Positions 37,248-46,801 of a DNA stretch of 64,000 nt are shown piece by piece (the first letter of the stretch is position 1; each line of letters starts with the position of its first letter). The DNA lies in the IMG/VR virus record IMGVR_UViG_3300046467_000379, positions 2,942 through 66,941 of that record; one strand, 5' to 3'. The notes beneath the pieces are model-generated. The model had not been told where the DNA came from and searched no databases. It was given only the letters and a program-made list of their open reading frames with translations. Origin of the DNA: a virus. The translations under genes were made by a program, and so were the position numbers.

Positions 37248-38368
37248 TAGAATATCTCCCAGGAGCGTAAGGTTTCTAGTCGTTCATCTACTTCTCTTGA
37301 CCACCCCTCAATTTTTTGCATTAATTGTACTCTATCCGTTCCACTAACCGTGAACTGCCCAAAATCTGAAGACCTTAACACATCTATAGCAGTAAGCTTT
37401 TTAGCGACATCGTGTATGACCCCAGCTTCCATAGGGTTAGTATTAACATCCCTGCCAGCTAAATACCGCAGTCTGATTGGATTTGTAAACTCACCCCCGC
37501 CAAAACGCCACACAGGAGCATTATAGGATTGGAATCTAGCAGGGAGTAAGAAGTACCTAGAAAAATATACTATGCCTACATCTGGGGTCAGGAAAAAATC
37601 CTTTGTGCGTCCCTCGGTTTTAGTATCCCAGTTAGCACCATTCCATATTTCAAGGGACAGTATTTTATATGCATCGTTTCTCTTTAGCCTAAAACCATTA
37701 AGGTTAAAGTCATGATATTCTTCCGCAATATAATTAGGCCTCCAAGATTTCCTAGTGTAGTAATCAATTTTAGATTGGGCAGCATCTATATATTGTTCCA
37801 CAGTTATTTTTGATGGTAATGTAGATGTTGTAAAATCTGTAGTGTCACTGATATTTGTTAACTGGAGTAGATTGAAAATATCTTTTGTGCTACAATATGA
37901 ATTAATAGGACGCATTTGAATTCGTTTAATCGTTGGTGCCGTGTCTGAACTAGCAGCCGTAACCCGAACCCAATATTTAGTAACACTATTAATAGCAACT
38001 GTAGCCCAATCACTCAAGAGATTGACAGGGAAAATTTCTACGCCATCTCGCATAAAATCATACATCTTCCCAAAATCAGAAGCATCTGGGTCATGAACCA
38101 GTCTAGCTGTCGCTGGAATAAAGGTTGTCCAAGCTGACCCATTATAATATTGCCATGTCAATGCTCCTAGCACTCCTGGCACATCAATATCAAAAGCAGC
38201 CATGTCGAACCTTTCGTCATGCCCCAAGTAAAGATAATGAGCAGCAGTATCTAATACAGAAAAGGAAGTCCCGCCTGGAGACTGGGCTTCCAAAGTTACA
38301 TCTGTATAAGTACTGCTACCATCAAAATTAAATATTTTTGTAAATTCTAACCCTGTGTAAAGGGGCAT
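37247..38368 (-). CDS. Head-tail adaptor with extra N-terminal beta domain
   Basis: YCSTKDI..VEQYIDAAQSKIDYYT..EEYHD..IRLRYLAG connector motifs in the C-terminal half. Confidence 0.72.
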   Translation of the reverse strand: MPLYTGLEFTKIFNFDGSSTYTDVTLEAQSPGGTSFSVLDTAAHYLYLGHDERFDMAAFDIDVPGVLGALTWQYYNGSAWTTFIPATARLVHDPDASDFGKMYDFMRDGVEIFPVNLLSDWATVAINSVTKYWVRVTAASSDTAPTIKRIQMRPINSYCSTKDIFNLLQLTNISDTTDFTTSTLPSKITVEQYIDAAQSKIDYYTRKSWRPNYIAEEYHDFNLNGFRLKRNDAYKILSLEIWNGANWDTKTEGRTKDFFLTPDVGIVYFSRYFLLPARFQSYNAPVWRFGGGEFTNPIRLRYLAGRDVNTNPMEAGVIHDVAKKLTAIDVLRSSDFGQFTVSGTDRVQLMQKIEGWSREVDERLETLRSWEIF

Positions 38369-38377
38369 TTGTTCTCC

Positions 38378-38620
38378 TTATGTTGCCAATAGTTCCTCTG
38401 GATACCCTTCGCTTCTCTCAAAGTCTTCCGCTATGCCATTAGTACTCTTTGGTTGTTCCTCTTGTTGTTTCCCCCTCAAGTACATAGCTATGCCATTGAG
38501 GTTATGAATCTGCTGCATAAGGGTTTCCCTCTGCGTATTCAATTCATTTGCTTGTGCCACCAATTCTTCTAGCTGTTGATTTACCTGGGCCAAGTCTTGT
38601 TCTACATCTATCTCTGGCAT
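38378..38620 (-). CDS. Small coiled-coil protein
   Basis: 80 aa heptad pattern; SD AGGAGG; follows the promoter motif at 38654. Confidence 0.65.
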   Translation of the reverse strand: MPEIDVEQDLAQVNQQLEELVAQANELNTQRETLMQQIHNLNGIAMYLRGKQQEEQPKSTNGIAEDFERSEGYPEELLAT

Positions 38621-38654
38621 ATCTATCCCTCCTAACCTTTTGTTTACTTATATA

Positions 38655-38987
38655 TTATACCGTAGCAAATGCTTTTATTAATATATTCCTAAGCTCATCC
38701 TCAGTTTCAGCTTCTAGATGCAAGATATTTTTTATGTAAGGTATCCTACATTGAATAACATCATCCGTTAATGAGTATTTAGTACCGTGACCATTCTCCC
38801 CATCTGCTTGAATAACCATTCCTAAGTCTTCTCCCAGGAAGAAATCCCATGTAAAGAAATACGTGTTCTCAATATTAACATTTACTCTGTGGTCATACCA
38901 GTGTCCCAAGGAATCCAGAATATTGGCAATATGATGTTCTTGCATACTTGGACACTCATCGCAGAATATACCTTCCCGTTCCCCCAT
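38655..38987 (-). CDS. Hypothetical protein with CxxC..HH (may start upstream at an ATT codon)
   Basis: FCDECPSMQEHH; frame is open upstream to about 39088. Confidence 0.55.
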   Translation of the reverse strand: MGEREGIFCDECPSMQEHHIANILDSLGHWYDHRVNVNIENTYFFTWDFFLGEDLGMVIQADGENGHGTKYSLTDDVIQCRIPYIKNILHLEAETEDELRNILIKAFATV

Positions 38988-39101
38988 TTCAGTTGTAATC
39001 CCTTCTTCCTCATACCCTGAAGGGATAAGAGTTAAGGGTGGAATCTCGTTGTGTTCGTTAATGTTACTTCCCCCGTAACGTTTGCTTCCTTATATATTAT
39101 A

Positions 39102-39662
39102 CTACCTACTCCACATTAAATGGGGCTGAGGAGGCATAGGTTCATAATTAAAAGATATTGCTATTCGTTCTTGACTACTTTTAATTGTGTTCACCCCATG
39201 TCTTGTAGAGCCATTAAAGATTACTAACTGACCCGTTACAGGTTCAATATGATGTTCTAAGTCTGGAAACATTAATGCTCCAGCATAATCTGAGGGTACG
39301 GTAAGATAAAATACCCCGCTCCAAACAGCAGGCCAGTGGTTATGAACCTTAGTATAATCACCCTTTTGATATTTTGCCCCCCACATATTCACTATTTGTA
39401 AAGGTGGGGGTGACCCATCTATAATTCCTGATATATGCTGTATTATACCACTAAACTCTTCTTCCAGTTCCATAAAGCCTGGTTGCTCTTGCATACCCCA
39501 GTCAGTCATACATGCTTTAACATTAGAGGTATAATTTTGTTTATCCCCTTCGTTAATAATATGAATTATTTTATCCCTGACTTCAGGCTTAATTTGTAGT
39601 TCAGTTGTAAACACAGTTTCTGGTTGAGTTGTAGCATATTGATGTATGTCAATGTGAGCCAT
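39102..39662 (-). CDS. 2OG-Fe(II) oxygenase (TIGR02466-like)
   Basis: HNH..WSGVFYL..GQLVIF..HGV..RIAISFN. Confidence 0.85.
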   Translation of the reverse strand: MAHIDIHQYATTQPETVFTTELQIKPEVRDKIIHIINEGDKQNYTSNVKACMTDWGMQEQPGFMELEEEFSGIIQHISGIIDGSPPPLQIVNMWGAKYQKGDYTKVHNHWPAVWSGVFYLTVPSDYAGALMFPDLEHHIEPVTGQLVIFNGSTRHGVNTIKSSQERIAISFNYEPMPPQPHLMWSR

Positions 39663-39667
39663 TTATA

Positions 39668-40378
39668 TCACCTATATCTATATTGAGAAGGAATATTCTC
39701 AGCATTAAACCCTAACCATAAGTTAATTGAAAACCTACTATCTTTAAATTCTCCTTCATGTGTAGTTGCATCTACTGCATGAACACACTTGTTAGATTCA
39801 AAAAATATTGCAGTATTATGTACAGGTGGATAAGCTAACTGGTCTTCGATAGTCTCTCCAGATAGGATAAGTTCTCCACCTTCATACTGTCGTGGTTCAG
39901 TATTAAAATGAAGTACACACGTAATAATTCTGTTTGGGAAAGTGGGTTCAGAATCCATGTGCCACCCGTAAAAATCACACATACCATAAGAACTTAGTAT
40001 AGTTTCCATGTGCGTAGTTTGGCTAACTATAGGAAACATGTGCGGTAATTTTTGGAAGGCATTAAGGAATTGATGACTGCCCAAAGCAAATTCTAATTGA
40101 GTTAGGATAACACTTTTCTCTCTCTTGCCCTTATAGTGGGTATCTAAAAAAACAATGTCATTACTTCTTATGGCTAACTTTAACTTCTTAGTTTGAAGTA
40201 TGCATTCATCGCACTCATCCCCATCTTCTAGGTGTGGTACCCCACCAATGCTTGCTGGTTCAAATACGGGTTCCAGCCATTGTGCTTCAGCTAAACATTC
40301 TCTAGCTGATGGTTCAGACAGGAAATTCTCAATTATTACATGAGGACTAGGACTTTCCTTATACTCTATCTTTTGCAT
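39668..40378 (-). CDS. 2OG-Fe(II) oxygenase (prolyl-4-hydroxylase-like)
   Basis: YGWHMD, YEGGEL, HAVD, RFSINLW. Confidence 0.85.
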   Translation of the reverse strand: MQKIEYKESPSPHVIIENFLSEPSARECLAEAQWLEPVFEPASIGGVPHLEDGDECDECILQTKKLKLAIRSNDIVFLDTHYKGKREKSVILTQLEFALGSHQFLNAFQKLPHMFPIVSQTTHMETILSSYGMCDFYGWHMDSEPTFPNRIITCVLHFNTEPRQYEGGELILSGETIEDQLAYPPVHNTAIFFESNKCVHAVDATTHEGEFKDSRFSINLWLGFNAENIPSQYRYR

Positions 40379-40403
40379 TGTTTCTCCTCTAACTATGTCT
40401 TTA

Positions 40404-40432
40404 ATTATACATCAGTGGTCAGGTTTTGTCAA
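40404..40432 (-). promoter_or_regulatory. Consensus sigma70 promoter driving the oxygenase pair
   Basis: TTGACA-17 nt-TATAAT on the minus strand. Confidence 0.8.
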
Positions 40433-40436
40433 CTTC

Positions 40437-41195
40437 CTACTTAAATTTTATTGGGCATCCATGATGTATCTTATAGCCATCTCTTAGATGGGAAGTAAAT
40501 TCATTAATTACAGACTCCCTATTATTGTATTCTTCACTATTCACTTCTATAGGCTTGACAGAAGAAGTCCATTCTTCTCGTTTAAAGGGAATAACTTGTA
40601 TAAGAGGCATTCCCCTTTTCAATACCCCAGGTGTGCTAATACCTTTTCTAAACCCAAAAAAGAAATTAACTTGGTTGAAATACGTGTCTGTATTTACGAT
40701 TCCAGAAAAGAGTTTTATTACAGAATTTTCATTATTTAGAGGTGTTGTAAATAAACACGAATATCCAGGGGGAGTCCGAATAAGCCACGGATTATGAAAT
40801 GAAAATGAAGCCCCATAAATTATGTCTTCTATCCCCGCAATTTCTTCCCAAGCCCCCCACCCTTTAGCTGTTACTGGTGGGTGACCTGTCCCAGATACTT
40901 CATCCCCTCTCCCCCAATTTATGGTCATTCTAGGCTCACTCTCACCATAGTATTCACTTGTGTCAGAATAAGCTATGTCTTGCCACAAAGGAATTATATA
41001 CCCTGTCCTCAAAGTATCAGTAAATGGTTGGCAGGCTTTAAATGTTGAGTGGTCTTTTTTCCCTATTGTAGGGTCACCACTACCTTCCTCTATGCGTTGC
41101 GCTTTTAGCCACCATTCTGGTATCGCTTGCACTGCTGGAATGGGAGGTAACAAAGTCTCTACTGTCTGTGCTGCCGCAAAAAATTCTATTTCCAT
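40437..41195 (-). CDS. DUF6065-like protein (often found beside phage 2OG oxygenases and fibre genes)
   Basis: PIPA..IPEWW..TFKACQPF..GYIIPLW..NPWLIRTPPGYSCLF..GMPLIQVIPFKRE; start ATG 41195. Confidence 0.65.
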   Translation of the reverse strand: MEIEFFAAAQTVETLLPPIPAVQAIPEWWLKAQRIEEGSGDPTIGKKDHSTFKACQPFTDTLRTGYIIPLWQDIAYSDTSEYYGESEPRMTINWGRGDEVSGTGHPPVTAKGWGAWEEIAGIEDIIYGASFSFHNPWLIRTPPGYSCLFTTPLNNENSVIKLFSGIVNTDTYFNQVNFFFGFRKGISTPGVLKRGMPLIQVIPFKREEWTSSVKPIEVNSEEYNNRESVINEFTSHLRDGYKIHHGCPIKFK

Positions 41196-41214
41196 ATTAT
41201 TAATCTCCGCTATT

Positions 41215-42606
41215 CTAAAAATTCGCCCCAAACATGCCTACGTTTCCACTAGCATCAGCGGGTTCTTCTGGAGCCATTATCCAAGTGACTGTTTTATACG
41301 CAGGATTGACACCAGTGGCTTGCACAACACCTTGAGTACCAGAAGTATAACTCCCTGTAGCGGCACAGTTAGTGGATGAACTATTGTAAGCGTGGTCATG
41401 GCAGTTAGGAGACATAACCCTAGTTCCACCTTGACCAGAACCCCAACCCCAGTTCTGTGTTGCACCAAAACCACCTGTACTTGGGTAGGTGTAATTCCCT
41501 GTATTAGAAGACGATAGGGTATGTCCGTGATTACCACCACCACCGTGGGAATGACCTCCTGGGCTAGAATGGTTATGGCTGGAAGACCCACCAGTACCTC
41601 CAACAGCACCACCACTAGAAGATAATTTAATATATTTAGCAGCATTCAAATTAGGAGTACTGTTGTTGCCATCACATAAAACCCAGCCTTCATCAGTGAA
41701 GGTTGAAAGAGTGTCTCCAGATATAAAACCTATTCCTCCCTCTAACCAAGAATCAGAGCTATTAGTTACACCCCACACAGAAATATACGGAGCTTCTAAA
41801 GTAGCTCCTCCTGATGTTCCACCACTAGCAGCATTGGCAGTACCCGAAGCGGTACCAGGCCCTGCTGATGGTACTGAATGCGTATGACACCCTGGAGTTT
41901 GTTCTCTACAGTAGTCTTCTGGGCAGCCGCCACCTTGACCACCGCTGCCTGAGGAAGTACTGCCGCTTCCCGCTGAATGCGTGTGACTCCCGCCACCACC
42001 ACCATGCGTATGATTCCCACAAGAACCATGAGAATGGGAACCAGGCGTTACCGCACTCCCTCCACTACTAGCACCACGTATAAACTTTCCAACGCTTCCA
42101 CCATGTTGACTCCAACCAGATTCTGTGGTAGGGTTAGACGCAGTACCCCACAACACCACAGAGTTTGCGGGAAAGCCATCACCACTTCCATCGCTCTTAA
42201 TTACACGGAAAGTATAATAAGGAGAAAGGCTGCTACCGGAGCCATAGTTACCATTCCCCCCGCTGCTACCACTAGTAGTTGCAGGGCCAAGGGAAGCAGC
42301 AGGATGCACATGGCAGGCACCTCTTCCTGGGCCGCCAGAAGACCAGTACAAATATTGGGAGTAGGGGGGGAAATACGGGGCTTGGGTACAGTTACCTTGC
42401 ATACTTGAAGTACTGTGAGTATGGCTACCCCCTGGATGGGAATGATTATTTCCATTATGATTATGGTTATCAGACCCTCCCGTACCAGAACCGCTATTAG
42501 CACTATAGGGCATTTTATTATCAAAAGCCGTGTCAGTAGTCCACCCACTAGGAGTAGAGGCACTACTGGGCCATAAAATTCTTACGTTCTCTGGAATCGA
42601 AGCCAT
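41215..42606 (-). CDS. Gly/Ser/His-rich tail fibre with three collar-like repeats
   Basis: Repeated P.N..LW / GW.LCDG..TPNL collar units and many HxH motifs. Confidence 0.75.
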   Translation of the reverse strand: MASIPENVRILWPSSASTPSGWTTDTAFDNKMPYSANSGSGTGGSDNHNHNGNNHSHPGGSHTHSTSSMQGNCTQAPYFPPYSQYLYWSSGGPGRGACHVHPAASLGPATTSGSSGGNGNYGSGSSLSPYYTFRVIKSDGSGDGFPANSVVLWGTASNPTTESGWSQHGGSVGKFIRGASSGGSAVTPGSHSHGSCGNHTHGGGGGSHTHSAGSGSTSSGSGGQGGGCPEDYCREQTPGCHTHSVPSAGPGTASGTANAASGGTSGGATLEAPYISVWGVTNSSDSWLEGGIGFISGDTLSTFTDEGWVLCDGNNSTPNLNAAKYIKLSSSGGAVGGTGGSSSHNHSSPGGHSHGGGGNHGHTLSSSNTGNYTYPSTGGFGATQNWGWGSGQGGTRVMSPNCHDHAYNSSSTNCAATGSYTSGTQGVVQATGVNPAYKTVTWIMAPEEPADASGNVGMFGANF

Positions 42607-42608
42607 GC

Positions 42609-42998
42609 TTATTCACCACCTGTAATGCGTGTACCAGTAGACCCGAAAGGACTATCTATCTCTGTTTCCTCCCCAGGTTCTTCATCATCTGGATAAACAC
42701 CATGTAAATTCTTTTCCCGCACAATCATGTCTTTTGCAATAATTGCACTTATTTCTTCATCTGTTGCCCGTTTAGGAACTTCTATCCGTACATCATTCAT
42801 AAATGGATTCCATCTTTCTAGGGAGTCATCCAGAAACTTAAACTCATACGTTACGAGCAAAATATCAAACAAACCCCCTGGAGATTCCAAAGCTTTGGGC
42901 TGCACCGTATACCCCATTACAAGCGTAAGTGGCGTTTCTTCTGATGGAACGACATCTGGGTTATTCTCAATATTTATATCTTCGCCTGGTGTTACCAT
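42609..42998 (-). CDS. Hypothetical acidic protein (possible fibre assembly factor)
   Basis: ORF with SD GGAGG between two fibre genes. Confidence 0.55.
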   Translation of the reverse strand: MVTPGEDINIENNPDVVPSEETPLTLVMGYTVQPKALESPGGLFDILLVTYEFKFLDDSLERWNPFMNDVRIEVPKRATDEEISAIIAKDMIVREKNLHGVYPDDEEPGEETEIDSPFGSTGTRITGGE

Positions 42999-43022
42999 TA
43001 GTCTCCTCCATATCCCCTTAGT

Positions 43023-45149
43023 TTAAGCGAATGCTACGGAAGCACTCCCGTAAAAATTGGTGCCATCATAAAAGAAAGCTACTATATCAATCCCTGCTGC
43101 GCCTGCAAGCGTAGGAGCCGTGCCAGCAGCCCACATAATAGGAGTAACGGCATCACTCCACGTTACTGTCCTACCAGCCCCAGAATGTATAATCTTTAGC
43201 ATAACATTACCAGGGCCAGCAGGAGCAGCCATTGTAATTGTTACGTTGCCACTTAAAGTAACATATTGTTTCATCCCAGTTGCCCAGTTTAGAGCGACTG
43301 TGCCAGAACTAGCACTTCCACCATTTACTAAAGCAAATGTAGCAGTCTTTATATTTGCGATATTCTGGTCACTGGCATCCATATCCGCACCACTCAGAGT
43401 CAGTGCGCCAGCTATATCCACAGCACCAGAAAAGTCTCCTGTCGCTGCATCTAGTTCGCCAGAAATGGTAAGGTTTCTTTGCCCTGTAGTATCTACGTTT
43501 GCATCCGCAGTAACTACTTTAGAAGCAACAGCAGTACCAACTGTGGTAATACCATCTAGTAGCTCTAATTCAGCTTCAGCCAGAACTGCGTTACCAGCAG
43601 TAAAGCCTGTACCCGTTACTAATCCCGAAGAAGTAACCGCACCAGAACCAATTGTACCTATACCTGTTATATTCGTACTGGCATCTAGCACCAATGCTTT
43701 AGAGGCAGCAGCCGTGCCTGCTGTTATATCCTCAATTTGTTCTAAATCAACTTCTACAATTGAAGCATTCCCTATTGTAAATCCTGTAGCACTTACTACA
43801 CCCGAAGATGTAATAGCCCCAGAACCAATTGTACCTATGGTTGCTATATTTTTACTGCCATCCAAAACTACGGCTTTATTTACAGCAGCAGTACCAGGCG
43901 TAATGTCCTCTACTCTCTCTAAATCAGCTTCTACCATTGTGGCACTACCCATTGTAAGCCCCGCAGAAGTAATAATCCCAGAGGCACCAAGAGTGGTAAT
44001 ACCAGATAATGCTCCAGCAAAGACTACAGCACCATTAATGTCTACCGTAGTATCCGATTCTATGGTGAGAACACCATCAGCCGATTGGTGAATAAAAGTA
44101 CCGGCATCGCCAAACTGTATTTTACGAGAACTGTTTAACAATAATCCTGTATCGTGTACATGGGTCAAACTTACATCTGAGTTTACACCAAAATTCACTA
44201 CAGCCGCATCAGATATTAATGTTAAATCATCGCCAAGAATGGTATCTAAAGTCACGCTTAGTCCACCATCTGTTTGAAGGGAGCCATCCGTAATGGACGT
44301 TGCATTCGTTGTAGCATCCGTTTTTATAATCCCAGATGAGGTAATTGCACCAGCACTGATAGTACCTATCCCTGTTATGTTAGTACTGGCATCTAGAACT
44401 AATGCCTTAGAAGCGGCAGCGGTTCCTGCGGTAATGTCATCTATCATTTCCAATTCAGCTTCTGCAATAACAGCAGACCCAATGGTAAAGCCAGTAGCAG
44501 TTACTACACCAGTAGATGTAATTGCGCCTAAGCCAGTTACGCTACCATCAGTAGCGAAAGTGTAGTTACCATCAGTAAACACACCATCTATCGTTAAGTT
44601 TCTAATGGTTCCGATATCTTTATTCGCATCCACTACCAAGGCTTTGGAAGCCACCGCAGTACCAGCAGTCAAATCATCTATCTGTTCTAAATCGGCTTCG
44701 GTTATAACCGCACTACCGATAGTAATAGACGTAGTAAAGGTTGGGGTAGCCACAGGAGCAATGCCAGCTTCTGCAAGCGTCTGGTTTATCCAAGCAGAAC
44801 CATTCCACTTTAGTACTTCCCCAGAAGCGATTGAAGAAATGGTTACATCTGTCATTTCTGTGATAGTATTTAAAGCAGTTGTGGCTGTGGTTACAAATGC
44901 AGTAGTAGCCAACTGAGTGGTATTAGTCCCAGCATTGGCAGTAGGGCCAGCAGGCGTTCCTGTAAAAGTAGGACTCGCTAAAATACTAGCCTGGAGATTC
45001 GTGATGGTTAACTGCTTCAACGCTGTAGCAGAAATATCATAGATAATGAGGGTATCATCTGACGCAGGCGTACTTCCCAAACTACTTTGGTCTGTAATGA
45101 ACGAGTTCCGTATTGGTAGACCTTCTAACGGATTAGCTATATATGGCAT
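43023..45149 (-). CDS. Tail fibre-like protein with five internal repeats of about 55 aa
   Basis: Repeat (F/I)TIGSA..EA(D/E)LE.I.DITAGTA.ASKALVLD; PTANAGTNTTQLATTAFV motif; C-terminal DIVAFFYDGTNFYG. Confidence 0.78.
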   Translation of the reverse strand: MPYIANPLEGLPIRNSFITDQSSLGSTPASDDTLIIYDISATALKQLTITNLQASILASPTFTGTPAGPTANAGTNTTQLATTAFVTTATTALNTITEMTDVTISSIASGEVLKWNGSAWINQTLAEAGIAPVATPTFTTSITIGSAVITEADLEQIDDLTAGTAVASKALVVDANKDIGTIRNLTIDGVFTDGNYTFATDGSVTGLGAITSTGVVTATGFTIGSAVIAEAELEMIDDITAGTAAASKALVLDASTNITGIGTISAGAITSSGIIKTDATTNATSITDGSLQTDGGLSVTLDTILGDDLTLISDAAVVNFGVNSDVSLTHVHDTGLLLNSSRKIQFGDAGTFIHQSADGVLTIESDTTVDINGAVVFAGALSGITTLGASGIITSAGLTMGSATMVEADLERVEDITPGTAAVNKAVVLDGSKNIATIGTIGSGAITSSGVVSATGFTIGNASIVEVDLEQIEDITAGTAAASKALVLDASTNITGIGTIGSGAVTSSGLVTGTGFTAGNAVLAEAELELLDGITTVGTAVASKVVTADANVDTTGQRNLTISGELDAATGDFSGAVDIAGALTLSGADMDASDQNIANIKTATFALVNGGSASSGTVALNWATGMKQYVTLSGNVTITMAAPAGPGNVMLKIIHSGAGRTVTWSDAVTPIMWAAGTAPTLAGAAGIDIVAFFYDGTNFYGSASVAFA

Positions 45150-45163
45150 TTTAGATTACCCCT

Positions 45164-45472
45164 TTAATTTGAGTAGCCCCCGTAGGCTCTGCGTTCACCA
45201 GCGGGTTGGATTTCTCCCATCTGTTGAAACATTTCTCCTATTACTTCATGTTCACCCATGATGGTCTGCATCTGGTCATCTGCAACTGCGAGGTTCTTTT
45301 CTAAGGTATTCAACCTTTCGGTTAAGCTTTCCGATTCTGCGTGTATTGCTTCTAATTGCACAACCGCAGTTGTAACATCACTTCTTAAAGATAGTACCCA
45401 CCCTATCAATCCTATGCCCACTATAATTAGTGGGACTATCGTAGCTATGAGGCTTAGATTCATTTTGCCCAT
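45164..45472 (-). CDS. Membrane-anchored coiled-coil protein (holin/spanin-like candidate)
   Basis: N-terminal TM LIATIVPLIIVGIGLIGWVL followed by a coiled coil. Confidence 0.5.
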   Translation of the reverse strand: MGKMNLSLIATIVPLIIVGIGLIGWVLSLRSDVTTAVVQLEAIHAESESLTERLNTLEKNLAVADDQMQTIMGEHEVIGEMFQQMGEIQPAGERRAYGGYSN

Positions 45473-45478
45473 AGTATA

Positions 45479-46075
45479 TTATACTCCATTCCACATAATT
45501 TCTGGGTCATACAGATGGGCTACACCATTCTTGTCTATGGTAATATACCCCTTATGAAAAATATGGGCTACCGCATCCTCTCTATTCCATTCAATCGAAA
45601 TATCTCCTACGTAATCCTTTACAAGTCTCCTAGATTCATCGTCCATCCAAGGCTTACGTTCATCCCTAATACGCCAACAAACGTCATGTCTATTATAACA
45701 TAAACGATTGTTTGTAGGGGGTAGAGTTTCCCCTTCTTCGACTATTTCATGTGGGAGACTGTCGGGGTCACGGTACAAATACAAAGTTTCCCCATCTAAA
45801 ATAGGTATGGCTTTCAGGTATAAACGGCCTTTCGCATTATCCGTAGAAAGCACTTGAGCCTTACCCATTAATTCTTTAAAATGCCAAGTCCCTTTATCTT
45901 TTATGATGATTCTCATAAAAGCTTTGTGTCTATCCCAAGATAATTCTAAGGTATTTAATTCCGTAGGTATTGGCTCTTGGGGGCCAATGTCCTCAAAACT
46001 TTGGAACTGGCTTTCAGGATAAGTTTCCAATAACTCATCTTCCGACAACAAATCAAATTTAGTTTTTTCTACCAT
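45479..46075 (-). CDS. Hypothetical protein
   Basis: ORF in operon; start ATG 46075 with SD GGGGG. Confidence 0.6.
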   Translation of the reverse strand: MVEKTKFDLLSEDELLETYPESQFQSFEDIGPQEPIPTELNTLELSWDRHKAFMRIIIKDKGTWHFKELMGKAQVLSTDNAKGRLYLKAIPILDGETLYLYRDPDSLPHEIVEEGETLPPTNNRLCYNRHDVCWRIRDERKPWMDDESRRLVKDYVGDISIEWNREDAVAHIFHKGYITIDKNGVAHLYDPEIMWNGV

Positions 46076-46409
46076 TGGTACCCCCAATACCCGCCAAACT
46101 AGGCAATATCTTAATCTCGCCAGTCGCTTCCAATATTTGGATGCGGTCTAATGTTAATTCACCATCTTTCAGTTGTTGAAGTATAGGTTCTGAAACTTGA
46201 GTAGGGATTTCTAAATCAGGGTCATGTTCAAAGACAGATGATACACGATACCAATTCCTCCCCCATGCTAATTTTTGCGCCTTAGAAATAGCTTCAGCCT
46301 CATTAGTCGCAATCAAGTCTAACGTAACCTGGCCCTGCAAAATTGGTATGCCTCCCATACCTGCAATTTCCTCATCATATCCTAGAACTGTGTAATGCGT
46401 ATGTCTCAT
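46059..46409 (-). CDS. Hypothetical protein (116 aa)
   Basis: SD GGAGG before ATG. Confidence 0.6.
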   Translation of the reverse strand: MRHTHYTVLGYDEEIAGMGGIPILQGQVTLDLIATNEAEAISKAQKLAWGRNWYRVSSVFEHDPDLEIPTQVSEPILQQLKDGELTLDRIQILEATGEIKILPSLAGIGGTNGRKN

Positions 46410-46420
46410 CTATCCTCCGT

Positions 46421-46792
46421 TTATGTATTCTCTAATATACTTACTACTGCGTCTAAATGTGTAGCCCCAGTTTGACACCTAACTTGAAGCGTGTCTCCCG
46501 TGCCAGAACCAGTATTCGCTAGAACTACTTTACCTGATATAACTTCCAATGCGCTGCCATATGGGATATCCGCATTTTTAACGAGGTAAACATCGTCACC
46601 CTGACCACTTTGACCTTCGATTAAAACATCTACAACTACTGCTCCCCCCGAAATATTAGTTAATAGCAGACCAATTACCACTGTATCACAGTTAGGGGGA
46701 ACTACATATAAATCGCTAGTACCATTAGTTGTATTTGGTAATGCAGTAGTAGGAACATCGCCCATTGTTGCTCTTTTAAATTCAGTTGCCAT
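46421..46792 (-). CDS. Small beta-sandwich virion protein
   Basis: LYVVP..TVVIGLLLTN..YLVKN..GKVVL..DTLQV..VVSILE pattern; follows the fibre gene ending FAIAMAVAL. Confidence 0.62.
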   Translation of the reverse strand: MATEFKRATMGDVPTTALPNTTNGTSDLYVVPPNCDTVVIGLLLTNISGGAVVVDVLIEGQSGQGDDVYLVKNADIPYGSALEVISGKVVLANTGSGTGDTLQVRCQTGATHLDAVVSILENT

Positions 46793-46801
46793 TATTACTC
46801 C

